From Vicinamibacterales bacterium (GTDB taxonomy: Bacteria; Acidobacteriota; Vicinamibacteria; Vicinamibacterales; UBA823), in contig DASCOS010000002.1 in NCBI GenBank assembly GCA_036012125.1, forward strand, positions 13,021 through 77,020: 64,000 nucleotides of DNA. The letters are read 5' to 3'. The notes below the pieces were generated by a model. It did not search any database, was not told the DNA's origin, and saw only the letters and a list, made by a program, of their open reading frames with translations. Positions 41,353 through 49,939 of the stretch are shown in pieces (the stretch's first letter is position 1; each line of letters begins with the position of its first letter). The position numbers and the translations under genes are program-made.

Positions 41353-41367
41353 GAATCATCCGCTAGC

Positions 41368-42327
41368 TTACGGTGAGGTGGGTGCGTAATAGCCGAGCTT
41401 TGTTCTCGCGGTTGTACCTGGTCGGTTTGTCTGCACGATGATCTGGCGCCACCCTCCGTCATGAACAGGATTCTTAGAAGCGTAGCCGATGGTGTACTGA
41501 CTTGAGAGCTCATCCGCGATTTGACTGTAAATACTGGTTAGTTCACTGATTGAATCAGGGAAAAACGCCCGTCCTCCAGTTTCTCGAGACAATTGTCGAA
41601 GCACGTACCCCGCCTCCTGGAATCCCCGGCCTCTGCTGTTCTCCTGTGTGCGGAGTCCAATGGCGTATGTTGCCGTCTCCGAACGTTTTGCCAGTTCCAG
41701 CACCTCGTCGAATGCCACTAGGCTAGAGGTGTCCTCGCCATCAGACAAGACAACGATCGACTGCCGACGAATCTCATCGGGTGTTCGTGCGCGCACCTTA
41801 CTCAGTTCCTTGAGTGAAATATATACAGCGTTATGTAGCGAGGTTGAGCCACCAGCGGCGGTACGTCGGATCGCACGCTCGAGGCGTGCTCCGTCATTCG
41901 TAAAGTCCTCGAGGATATTGACGCGACTGTCAAAATCGATGACAGATGCAAGATCCTGCGGGCGGAGTCGATATGCAAACCCAATAGCAGCCTCTTGGGC
42001 CGTCTGCATCCGACGCTCCATACTGGCGCTGGTGTCGATGAGGAGCGCGAGCGCGATCGGGAGTTGTGATCGTGTGAAGAAGTTAAGTTCTTGCAGTATT
42101 CGATCCTCGTAAACTGCGAAATCATCCTGTTCGAGGTTGGTAACATAACGACCGGAGGCATCGGTAACCGTGACGGTTACCGACACAATATCCACACCAG
42201 TTCTGAAGGACGGTACTTGAGACTGGGCCGACAGCGTCTGTATTTCTGGAGGCTCTGCACTCGCTGCTACTAGAACTACCACCGCTAGTAAGAGTGTGAG
42301 ATCACGTCGACGGCGATGTCGAGTCAT
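41368..42327 (-). CDS. secreted VWA-domain protein (VWFA-related acidobacterial-type), intact MIDAS
   Basis: Arg-rich signal MTRHRRRRDLTLLLAVVVLVAASA. Motifs VSVTVTVTD..FAVYED, and MIDAS LLIDTSASM. Confidence 0.8.
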   Translation of the reverse strand: MTRHRRRRDLTLLLAVVVLVAASAEPPEIQTLSAQSQVPSFRTGVDIVSVTVTVTDASGRYVTNLEQDDFAVYEDRILQELNFFTRSQLPIALALLIDTSASMERRMQTAQEAAIGFAYRLRPQDLASVIDFDSRVNILEDFTNDGARLERAIRRTAAGGSTSLHNAVYISLKELSKVRARTPDEIRRQSIVVLSDGEDTSSLVAFDEVLELAKRSETATYAIGLRTQENSRGRGFQEAGYVLRQLSRETGGRAFFPDSISELTSIYSQIADELSSQYTIGYASKNPVHDGGWRQIIVQTNRPGTTARTKLGYYAPTSP

Positions 42328-43214
42328 TGCAATGGTCCCACGGACCGGCCTCGGACAGTCAACGAAGGGAGGGTTGTTGACAGCGCGATCTCTTCAGGCG
42401 GTACCAACGTGTCTGGGCGGGCATAGACCAGCAAGTACTGTGACAGAAGTTCTTCCGCTATCTCGTTTAGGGCCTCACGAAAGAATTGTCCCCGCAACAA
42501 GTCAATTCGGCGCCCCCCGGTCCGTTCTGTGCCTCGGTCGAGCACCATGTCTCGGTATCGTGAGCCTGTGTCGAATGAAGCACCATCCGTCGTCATCACC
42601 ACGGTATGGAATGTTGCGCCAGCACTCTCTATAAGGCGGAGCACGGCTTGATAGGGGCGGTTGCTGTATTCAATACCTGCGGCTGTTACCGCGACGATTA
42701 CCGGGCGCGTTGCCTCGCGTCTCTCCAGTCCTTGGGCGGCGCTGTAGATCGCATCAAGCAAAAGTGAGCCGCTGCTAGGCCGCGGGAATATCCTACCCAC
42801 GGCCTGCTGTAGCTCAGTGGCGTCCCACGTGTAGTCTTTGACGATGGTGGGCCGATCCCCGAACGTGATCACCGCCACCTGATGATCTCCGGAAATCTGT
42901 TTAACGAACTCGCCGAGGCCATCACGAAGATCGCGAAGATATGGAGCGGCCGCGGAACTGTTGTCGACAAGCAGGGCCACCTGCATTGGTTCGGTAGCTC
43001 GTTGCACCCGGAGCACTTCACGGAGGATGCCGTCCTCACGCACAACAAAGTCGCTAACTGTGAGGTCAACGACTGGGTGGTCGTTTTCGTCTTGTACGCT
43101 GACATACATGCGCTGTTCCTGCGCTTGGGTCGCTTCGGAAAGCACAGAAACGGCGAAGCCAACGGTGAACACGGCACCTACAATGACAAAACGAATCATT
43201 AATCGGGCATTCAT
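42324..43214 (-). CDS. secreted VWA-domain protein paralog, degenerate MIDAS
   Basis: Signal peptide and the same architecture as its neighbour. The DxSxS position reads LLVDNSSAA. ATGA overlap with the downstream paralog. Confidence 0.75.
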   Translation of the reverse strand: MNARLMIRFVIVGAVFTVGFAVSVLSEATQAQEQRMYVSVQDENDHPVVDLTVSDFVVREDGILREVLRVQRATEPMQVALLVDNSSAAAPYLRDLRDGLGEFVKQISGDHQVAVITFGDRPTIVKDYTWDATELQQAVGRIFPRPSSGSLLLDAIYSAAQGLERREATRPVIVAVTAAGIEYSNRPYQAVLRLIESAGATFHTVVMTTDGASFDTGSRYRDMVLDRGTERTGGRRIDLLRGQFFREALNEIAEELLSQYLLVYARPDTLVPPEEIALSTTLPSLTVRGRSVGPLQ

Positions 43215-43376
43215 GAACTTGTCCTAGGTCAGTTTGACTGCGTCAATTGAGCGACGGTCATCTCGGCAGTATAGGTCTCGCGGTTTCACAAGGTCAAGGT
43301 CGACGAACGGGCGAAACTCCTTGGAAAAGAAGAGGTTGTCGAGATCGCTCACGGACCCCTGTTCGGCCCCTGTTTC

Positions 43377-43405
43377 TTGACACCCCCAAGTACGCATGCT
43401 ATAAA
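43377..43405 (+). promoter_or_regulatory. sigma70-like promoter candidate for the nuo cluster
   Basis: TTGACA (43377-43382), 17-nt spacer, TATAAA (43400-43405), about 195 nt upstream of nuoA. Confidence 0.5.
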
Positions 43406-43600
43406 CAGCGGGTTTTACTCGGCGCAGTTTTCGTGTTTCTTTGTGGCTAACCGGAGTTGCGTTTGAGTGTCCCGTAGTGCAATCGTGTCGTGCGAAACTC
43501 CATTAGATCATTCGATAGTTGTGGTCTGGTCGGGTAGAGTCGACTGAGTTAGTACTAGGTATCAGACTCTCCGACCTAGCTAGGTTCGTCTAAGGGCATC

Positions 43601-43957
43601 ATGCTCGAAGCCTACATTCCGATTCTCCTCTTCGTCCTCGTCGCCATTGGCTTTGCGATTTTTACCCTGCTTCTTTCTGGTTTGTTGCATCCCGAGCGAC
43701 ATAGCAAGGTGAAGCTCGAGCCCTACGAGTGCGGGATTGAGCCTGAGACTGACGCACGAGACCGGTACAGTATCCGCTTTTACCTCGTGGCAATGTTGTT
43801 CGTCATCTTTGATGTGGAGACCGTCTTCATGTTCCCGTGGGCGGTGATGATGGATGAGTTGGCCCTGTTCGGGCTAATCGAGATGATCGTGTTTCTGTTC
43901 ATTCTCGTCGTGGGTTATGTCTACGCCTGGCGTAAGGGTGCGTTGGAGTGGGTGTAG
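43601..43957 (+). CDS. nuoA: NADH-quinone oxidoreductase subunit A
   Basis: Motifs YECGIEP and FYLVAMLFVIFDVETVFMFPWA. Confidence 0.9.
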   Translation: MLEAYIPILLFVLVAIGFAIFTLLLSGLLHPERHSKVKLEPYECGIEPETDARDRYSIRFYLVAMLFVIFDVETVFMFPWAVMMDELALFGLIEMIVFLFILVVGYVYAWRKGALEWV

Positions 43958-43979
43958 CGGCCTGAACACAGAGGATTTG

Positions 43980-44666
43980 ATGTCTGACGAATCAAAGTCA
44001 GAAAAACCAACCAACCCGCCGCCATCGGCTGGGCCCCAAAAGGTTTCACCGGTGCCGTCGACCTCGACCCCGAAGCCTGAGCCTAAGGCTCCGCCTGCCG
44101 CGCCGACGGGTCCCGCGGATCCAGCACCTCCCGAGGATGTAAGCGAGCCAGACTTTTTGACCCAACTCCGTACCGCTCACGGAACTGCTATTCAGAAAGT
44201 GAGCTACTGGGTGGGCGACTGGTCTGTGATTGTATCTTTGTCTTCTCTTCTCGATGTAGTTAAGTATCTGCGCGACGCGCCTGACGCTGCATTTGACTAT
44301 TGTTCGGATGTAACAGCAACAGACTGGCCGCCGCGAGACCAGCGGTTTGATGTCATTTACTGCCTGTACTCAACACGACATCGTCATCGGGTGCGAATCA
44401 AAGTGCACGCTGCTGAGGATGAGCCTGTGCCCTCGGTGACGGACATCTGGCCTGCGGCTAACTGGCTGGAGCGGGAAGTCTACGACTTGTTTGGCGTGAA
44501 TTTCGTCGGGCATCCGGACCGACGTCGCCTGTTGATGCCTGATGAGTGGCAGGGGCACCCTCAGCGTAAGGACTACCCCCTTGAAGGCCCTGGTGAATTA
44601 CTTATGGAGAATCCTCAGGACTGGTTACGTCTGAAAAATATACGTGATGAGGCGGAGATCGAGTGA
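43980..44666 (+). CDS. nuoC: NADH-quinone oxidoreductase subunit C with Pro-rich N-terminal extension
   Basis: Motifs ANWLEREVYDLFGVNFVGHPD and RRLLMPDEWQGHPQRKDYPL. The ATG at 43980 is chosen because the ORF track start at 43917 overlaps nuoA. Confidence 0.85.
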   Translation: MSDESKSEKPTNPPPSAGPQKVSPVPSTSTPKPEPKAPPAAPTGPADPAPPEDVSEPDFLTQLRTAHGTAIQKVSYWVGDWSVIVSLSSLLDVVKYLRDAPDAAFDYCSDVTATDWPPRDQRFDVIYCLYSTRHRHRVRIKVHAAEDEPVPSVTDIWPAANWLEREVYDLFGVNFVGHPDRRRLLMPDEWQGHPQRKDYPLEGPGELLMENPQDWLRLKNIRDEAEIE

Positions 44667-44709
44667 CGTCTAAAGTTCTGGACTGGATGATTGGGAGGGC
44701 ACCTCAGTA

Positions 44710-45834
44710 ATGAAGATTGAGGCTCCCCGTCCGATGTTTGACACAAGTGAGATGGTCCTAAACATGGGGCCACAGCACCCCAGTACACACGGCGTGCTTC
44801 GGATCGTGCTCCGCCTTGATGGTGAGCGCGTAGTTGATGCGGACGTTGTTGTCGGGTACCTCCACCGCGGGATTGAAAAACTTTGCGAGAATCGTGACTG
44901 GTCGCAGATCATCCTGCTGACCGATCGTATGGACTACGTGGCTGCAGCTTCTAGCAATCTTGGTTATTGCGAGACGGTGGAGAAGCTGATGTCGGTCGAG
45001 GTTCCACGTCGCGCACAATATATCCGGACGATCTTAGGGGAGCTCCAGCGGATTGCCAGTCACTGCCTATGGCTTGGAACCCACGCCATGGACATCGGCG
45101 CCATGACAGTTTTTCTCTACGCCTTCCGCGAGCGTGAGCTGATCCTCGACCTGTTCGAGGAGTACTGCGGAGCGCGACTGACGTATAACGCGACGCGTAT
45201 CGGGGGACTGCCCCTCGACATACCGCCAGGTTGGGACAAGAAGGTTCGTGAGTTCTGCGACATCATGGACTCCAAGCTTGGCGAGTACGAGACACTACTC
45301 ACACACAATCGAATCTGGCTAGAACGCACGAAGGGCATTGGTGTAATTGACGGACCCGAGGCAATCGCAATGGGTCTTTGTGGACCCACGCTGCGCGGGT
45401 CTGGTGTTCCTCGTGACGTCCGTAAGGATGAGCCGTACGCAGCCTATGATGAATTTGATTTCGAAGTGCCTATTGGGACTGAGGGGGATACCTACGATCG
45501 CTACCTCGTCCGACTCGAAGAGTTTAGGCAGTCGCTTCGCATCATCCGACAGGCCGTAGATGGGTTGCCCGAGGGGCCCATAGTTGGCAAGGTGCCTAGG
45601 CTTATCAAGCCACCAGCGGGGGAGACCTACCACGCTGTCGAGTCGCCCAAAGGCGAAATAGGTTTCTTCATTGCTAGTGATGGGCGATCGACGAATCCCT
45701 ATCGATTCCGTGTGCGCCCGCCCTCGTTCTGTAATCTGCAAGGTCTACGTCGTCTCATCCGAGGACACTTGGTAGCTGACGTTGTGGCTCTAATTGGGTC
45801 CATAGATATCGTTCTGGGAGAGGTGGACCGCTGA
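44710..45834 (+). CDS. nuoD: NADH-quinone oxidoreductase subunit D
   Basis: Motifs [30 protein letters not shown], and C-terminal [11 protein letters not shown]. Confidence 0.92.
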   Translation: MKIEAPRPMFDTSEMVLNMGPQHPSTHGVLRIVLRLDGERVVDADVVVGYLHRGIEKLCENRDWSQIILLTDRMDYVAAASSNLGYCETVEKLMSVEVPRRAQYIRTILGELQRIASHCLWLGTHAMDIGAMTVFLYAFRERELILDLFEEYCGARLTYNATRIGGLPLDIPPGWDKKVREFCDIMDSKLGEYETLLTHNRIWLERTKGIGVIDGPEAIAMGLCGPTLRGSGVPRDVRKDEPYAAYDEFDFEVPIGTEGDTYDRYLVRLEEFRQSLRIIRQAVDGLPEGPIVGKVPRLIKPPAGETYHAVESPKGEIGFFIASDGRSTNPYRFRVRPPSFCNLQGLRRLIRGHLVADVVALIGSIDIVLGEVDR

Positions 45835-45838
45835 AATC

Positions 45839-46858
45839 ATGGTCGACACATTAGTGGTCCCGCTTCTCAAGATCGTCATTCTGCTAAATGCAGTGCTTAT
45901 AGCTGTTACCTATATGGTTCTGCTCGAGCGAAAGGTGATCGCCTGGGTCCAGTCGCGGCTAGGCCCGATGCGCGTGGGTCCGTACGGCGCCTTGCAACCG
46001 ATCGCTGATGCCGTCAAGTTGATGACGAAGGAAGATATTACGCCCACACGTGCGGACCGCTGGGTCTTTACCGCGTCACCGATCATTGTGATGGTGCCGG
46101 CTCTCATCGTCTTCGCGGTTATTCCCTTCGGCCCAGAGGTAGAGCTCTTTGGTCGGTCTGTGCCGCTTTACATTACCGACGTCAATGTCGGTTTGCTGTA
46201 TATCGTGTCAGTTGCTTCGTTGGGCGTCTACGGCATCATCCTCGCGGGTTGGGCGTCGAACAGTAAGTATCCGCTATTGTCGAGCCTTCGTGCGTCAGCA
46301 CAACTTATCAGTTACGAAGTTGCTGTGACGATGACGCTAGTCAGCATGATTCTGATGGCTGGTACACTTAGCATGGTCGGCATTGTTGAGTCGCAGCGCG
46401 AGGCTGGGCTGTGGTTTGCGTTCGTACAACCGGTAGCATTCGTCATCTTCTTCATCGGTGGTCTTGCAGAAACCAATCGCGCGCCATTTGACATGCCGGA
46501 AGCTGAACAGGAACTGACTGGCGGTTTCCACACTGAGTACAGTGGTATGCGGTTCGCACTGTTTTTCCTTGCTGAGTATGCAAACATGATCGTCATCTCG
46601 TGTGTGGCGGTCACACTCTTTTTGGGTGGGTGGCTCAGGCCGTTTCCCAGTGTGGAGGCGCTCAGCTTCCTTGACTTGGTACCATCGTGGATCTGGTTCT
46701 TGTTTAAGACCTTCGTATTCCTCTACATTTTTCTCTGGATTCGGGCAACCTTGCCCCGTTACCGCTACGACCAGTTGATGCGGCTAGGCTGGAAGGTGCT
46801 TATCCCCATCGCAATCGGAAACGTTGTGGTGACGGGCATAGCGAAGGTGCTGTTGTAG
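45839..46858 (+). CDS. nuoH: NADH-quinone oxidoreductase subunit H
   Basis: Motifs LERKVIAWVQSRLGP and AETNRAPFDMPEAEQELTGGFHTEYSGMRFALFFLAEY. Confidence 0.92.
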   Translation: MVDTLVVPLLKIVILLNAVLIAVTYMVLLERKVIAWVQSRLGPMRVGPYGALQPIADAVKLMTKEDITPTRADRWVFTASPIIVMVPALIVFAVIPFGPEVELFGRSVPLYITDVNVGLLYIVSVASLGVYGIILAGWASNSKYPLLSSLRASAQLISYEVAVTMTLVSMILMAGTLSMVGIVESQREAGLWFAFVQPVAFVIFFIGGLAETNRAPFDMPEAEQELTGGFHTEYSGMRFALFFLAEYANMIVISCVAVTLFLGGWLRPFPSVEALSFLDLVPSWIWFLFKTFVFLYIFLWIRATLPRYRYDQLMRLGWKVLIPIAIGNVVVTGIAKVLL

Positions 46859-46871
46859 GCGGTGTAGTGAT

Positions 46872-47387
46872 ATGGGCGAAGCGGTCATTTTTTATGTTTT
46901 GTCGGCCTTGATTTTGGGTTTCGCAGTGCTGGTTATCAGTACCCGAAACACTGTTCACAGCGTGCTGTTTCTGGTTATGAACTTTCTCCTCGTTGCGATG
47001 TTATACGTCATGTTGGGCGCGGAGTTCTTGGCAGTCATTCAAGTCTTGGTCTACGCCGGCGGCATCGTCGTGCTGTATTTGTTTGTTGTTATGCTCGTGA
47101 ATCTGAAGCGGCCTCCCGAGGTTCATCAAGACCCGCGCAGACAGGCACGGCTTGGATTGGCTGTGGCGGGTGCCGTGCTGGCCGAACTCGTAGCCATAAT
47201 CGTGTACACCTCCACCAGCCCTGCCGCACCTGCCGTCGCCGCTGCGGGACAGACGGTCGAGGGCGGCAATGTCGAGCAGGTTGGTTGGTTGCTCTACACG
47301 GACTATCTGATTCCATTTGAGGTTGCGTCGATACTGCTGCTTGTCGCGATGGTTGGTGCGATCGTGCTGGCAAAGCGGGAATTGTAA
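46872..47387 (+). CDS. nuoJ: NADH-quinone oxidoreductase subunit J
   Basis: N-terminal pattern VISTRNTVHSVLFLV...GAEFLAVIQVLVYAGGIVVL. Confidence 0.85.
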   Translation: MGEAVIFYVLSALILGFAVLVISTRNTVHSVLFLVMNFLLVAMLYVMLGAEFLAVIQVLVYAGGIVVLYLFVVMLVNLKRPPEVHQDPRRQARLGLAVAGAVLAELVAIIVYTSTSPAAPAVAAAGQTVEGGNVEQVGWLLYTDYLIPFEVASILLLVAMVGAIVLAKREL

Positions 47388-47401
47388 AGGGATAAAACGT
47401 C

Positions 47402-47710
47402 GTGCTCGAAATCACTCCAGCGCATTACATGGTACTTTCATCAGCCCTTTTTATGATTGGGGTGATTGGCGTGATGGTGCGTCGTAACATCATCATTATC
47501 TTTATGTCGATCGAGCTGATGTTGAACGCGGTTAACGTCAACCTAGCGGCCTTTTCGCAGCAATGGCAGCATGTGATGGGGCAGGTATTTGCCATTTTTG
47601 TTATCGCGGTGGCAGCTGCCGAAGCGGCAGTTGGCTTGGGGATTATTCTGGCTTTCTACCGTAATAAGGAAACGGTGAACATTGACGAAATGAACGTGAT
47701 GCGCTGGTAA
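47402..47710 (+). CDS. nuoK: NADH-quinone oxidoreductase subunit K
   Basis: 102 aa with three TM helices. Motifs MSIELMLNAVN and AAAEAAVGLGI. Confidence 0.9.
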   Translation: MLEITPAHYMVLSSALFMIGVIGVMVRRNIIIIFMSIELMLNAVNVNLAAFSQQWQHVMGQVFAIFVIAVAAAEAAVGLGIILAFYRNKETVNIDEMNVMRW

Positions 47711-47737
47711 CATCACGTAATGGTGTAAGAACCTCTT

Positions 47738-49885
47738 ATGGAAATTATCTGGCTGATTCCCTTGCTACCTGGCATCGGCGCTGCGGTGACTGGTCTACTT
47801 GGGATTCGGTTCTTCTCTAAGGCCCAAACCGCACTTGTTGCATGCACCTCGATGGCATTGGCGGCGCTTCTGTCGATTTATGCCTTTGTCCAGTTACTTG
47901 CATTGCCTGCGGAGGCCCGTGTCTATTTTGTCGTCGTGGCCCCGTGGATTCCGGCCATTCCCTTGGAGACCGCTGGTGGGATCGGGGAATTCGCTGTGGA
48001 CTGGGGTTTCCGGTTGGATCCTTTGTCAGGCATGATGATCCTAATCGTTAGCGGCATTGGCCTTCTGATCCACTTGTACTCGACGTCATACATGCATGGA
48101 GAATCGGCGGCAGGCTACGCGAGGTTTTTCTGTTATCTGAATCTATTTTGCTTCTTTATGTTGACACTGGTGTTGGGTTCCAACTTCCTTGTCATGTTCG
48201 TCGGGTGGGAGGGCGTGGGTCTTTGTTCCTATCTGTTGATCGGATTCTGGTACCACAAACAGAGTGCGACCGACGCGGGGAAAAAGGCTTTTCTCGTGAA
48301 TCGGATCGGAGACTGGGGCTTCGTCCTGGGTATTTTTCTTGTGTTTTTTACGTTCGGAACCATTGATTTTGAAGAGGTGATGGTATCCGCTGCGGCAATG
48401 CCGATTGAGGCCGCGGGGTTTGGTGTTATCTCGCTCATTTGTCTTTTGTTATTTATCGGGGCGACCGGGAAGAGTGCCCAGATTCCACTGTATGTTTGGT
48501 TGCCAGATGCCATGGAGGGGCCGACGCCAGTGTCGGCACTTATTCACGCCGCGACAATGGTCACGGCTGGTGTCTACATGGTGTGCCGCACTGCTACGCT
48601 CTTTACGCACGCACCCATGGTGATGACGGGCGTGGCGATAATCGGTGCACTCACCGCTTTGATGGCGGCGTCAATCGGCTTGTTGCAGACTGATATCAAG
48701 CGTGTACTTGCTTACTCGACAGTGTCACAATTGGGCTATATGTTTCTCGCAACTGGGGTGGGTGCGTTTGGGGCTGCGGCGTTTCACCTGATGACGCATG
48801 CATTCTTCAAGGCGCTGCTTTTCCTGGGAAGTGGCTCGGTTATCCACGCGATGGATGAAGAGCAGGACATGCGAGCCATGGGCGGGCTGAAACTGTATAT
48901 GCCGGTCACATTTGTCACTATGTTGGTCGGGACGCTAGCGATTGCTGGCATTCCGCCGTTCGCGGGATTTTTTAGCAAGGACGAAATCCTCTTCCAGACC
49001 TTTTTACATAACCGGGCGCTATGGGTGATAGCAGTCTTGACTGCAGGGATGACCTCTTTCTATATGTTCCGGCTGATGGCAATGACGTTTTACGGTAAGT
49101 ATCGGGGTCCGGCTTGGAAATCGGCCGCTGTGGTCCACGAAGGGGCTGACCATCACGGTGCTGATGCTGGGGAAGATGCCAACGATGGCCACGGATCTTG
49201 GCACGGTCCACACGAATCTCCGGCTCCAATGACCGGAACGCTGATGGCCTTGGCGATCGGCGCGATAGTGGCTGGTTTCGTGGGAATACCGGCGGCACTT
49301 GGCGGCAGTAATGCGATCGAGCATTTTTTGGAGCCGAGTTTTGTAGTTAGTGCCGATCATGAGGTCGGTGAAGCCAGTGGTGTTGCTCTGGCGGGAGCGG
49401 GGGCAGAACACGAGGTCTCACATGCGGTGGAATTGGGTCTGATGATTCTCTCGATTTTTGTCGCGCTCGGTGGTTTGGCGCTAGCCCATCGCCTGTACCT
49501 CAAGCAGCCAGAATTAGCTGGAGCGTGGAAGGCGCGATGGGCGGGAGTTCACCAACTGTTGTTCAACAAGTATTACGTGGACGAAATGTACCAGGGTACT
49601 GTTGTGCGTGGCACGATGTCTGGCGGCCGAGGACTCTGGCGTTTCGATGGTCGCGTGGTGGACGGTGCCGTCAATGGGAGTAGCTGGCTTACACTTGTGT
49701 CCTCCTGGTGTTCGGGATTGTTTGATCGTTACGTTGTCGATGGTGCGGTAAATCTTGTGGGCTGGTCGGCTTCAGAATCGAGCTTCAGTCTTCGTCGTAT
49801 TCAGACTGGATTGATTCAGAACTATGCGCTGACCATGCTAATTGGGGTGTTCGTGTTCGTGAGTTTGTATCTATTGGTTGGTTGA
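47738..49885 (+). CDS. nuoL: NADH-quinone oxidoreductase subunit L
   Basis: Antiporter-like core WEGVGLCSYLLIGFW, AGKSAQIPLYVWLPDAMEGPTP, plus a C-terminal lateral-helix region. 715 aa. Confidence 0.9.
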   Translation: MEIIWLIPLLPGIGAAVTGLLGIRFFSKAQTALVACTSMALAALLSIYAFVQLLALPAEARVYFVVVAPWIPAIPLETAGGIGEFAVDWGFRLDPLSGMMILIVSGIGLLIHLYSTSYMHGESAAGYARFFCYLNLFCFFMLTLVLGSNFLVMFVGWEGVGLCSYLLIGFWYHKQSATDAGKKAFLVNRIGDWGFVLGIFLVFFTFGTIDFEEVMVSAAAMPIEAAGFGVISLICLLLFIGATGKSAQIPLYVWLPDAMEGPTPVSALIHAATMVTAGVYMVCRTATLFTHAPMVMTGVAIIGALTALMAASIGLLQTDIKRVLAYSTVSQLGYMFLATGVGAFGAAAFHLMTHAFFKALLFLGSGSVIHAMDEEQDMRAMGGLKLYMPVTFVTMLVGTLAIAGIPPFAGFFSKDEILFQTFLHNRALWVIAVLTAGMTSFYMFRLMAMTFYGKYRGPAWKSAAVVHEGADHHGADAGEDANDGHGSWHGPHESPAPMTGTLMALAIGAIVAGFVGIPAALGGSNAIEHFLEPSFVVSADHEVGEASGVALAGAGAEHEVSHAVELGLMILSIFVALGGLALAHRLYLKQPELAGAWKARWAGVHQLLFNKYYVDEMYQGTVVRGTMSGGRGLWRFDGRVVDGAVNGSSWLTLVSSWCSGLFDRYVVDGAVNLVGWSASESSFSLRRIQTGLIQNYALTMLIGVFVFVSLYLLVG

Positions 49886-49939
49886 CGGGGTGTAATCGTA
49901 CCGGCCTTTTGCCGGTAGGCGTCCCCACGTGGTTGCTTT

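Noticed and set aside
43917-44150. The idea that the missing nuoB is hidden in the nuoA-nuoC junction or in the NuoC N-terminal extension.
   Set aside because: The region is only about 230 nt and encodes a Pro/Ser/Ala-rich sequence. It contains none of the NuoB cysteine motifs that bind cluster N2.
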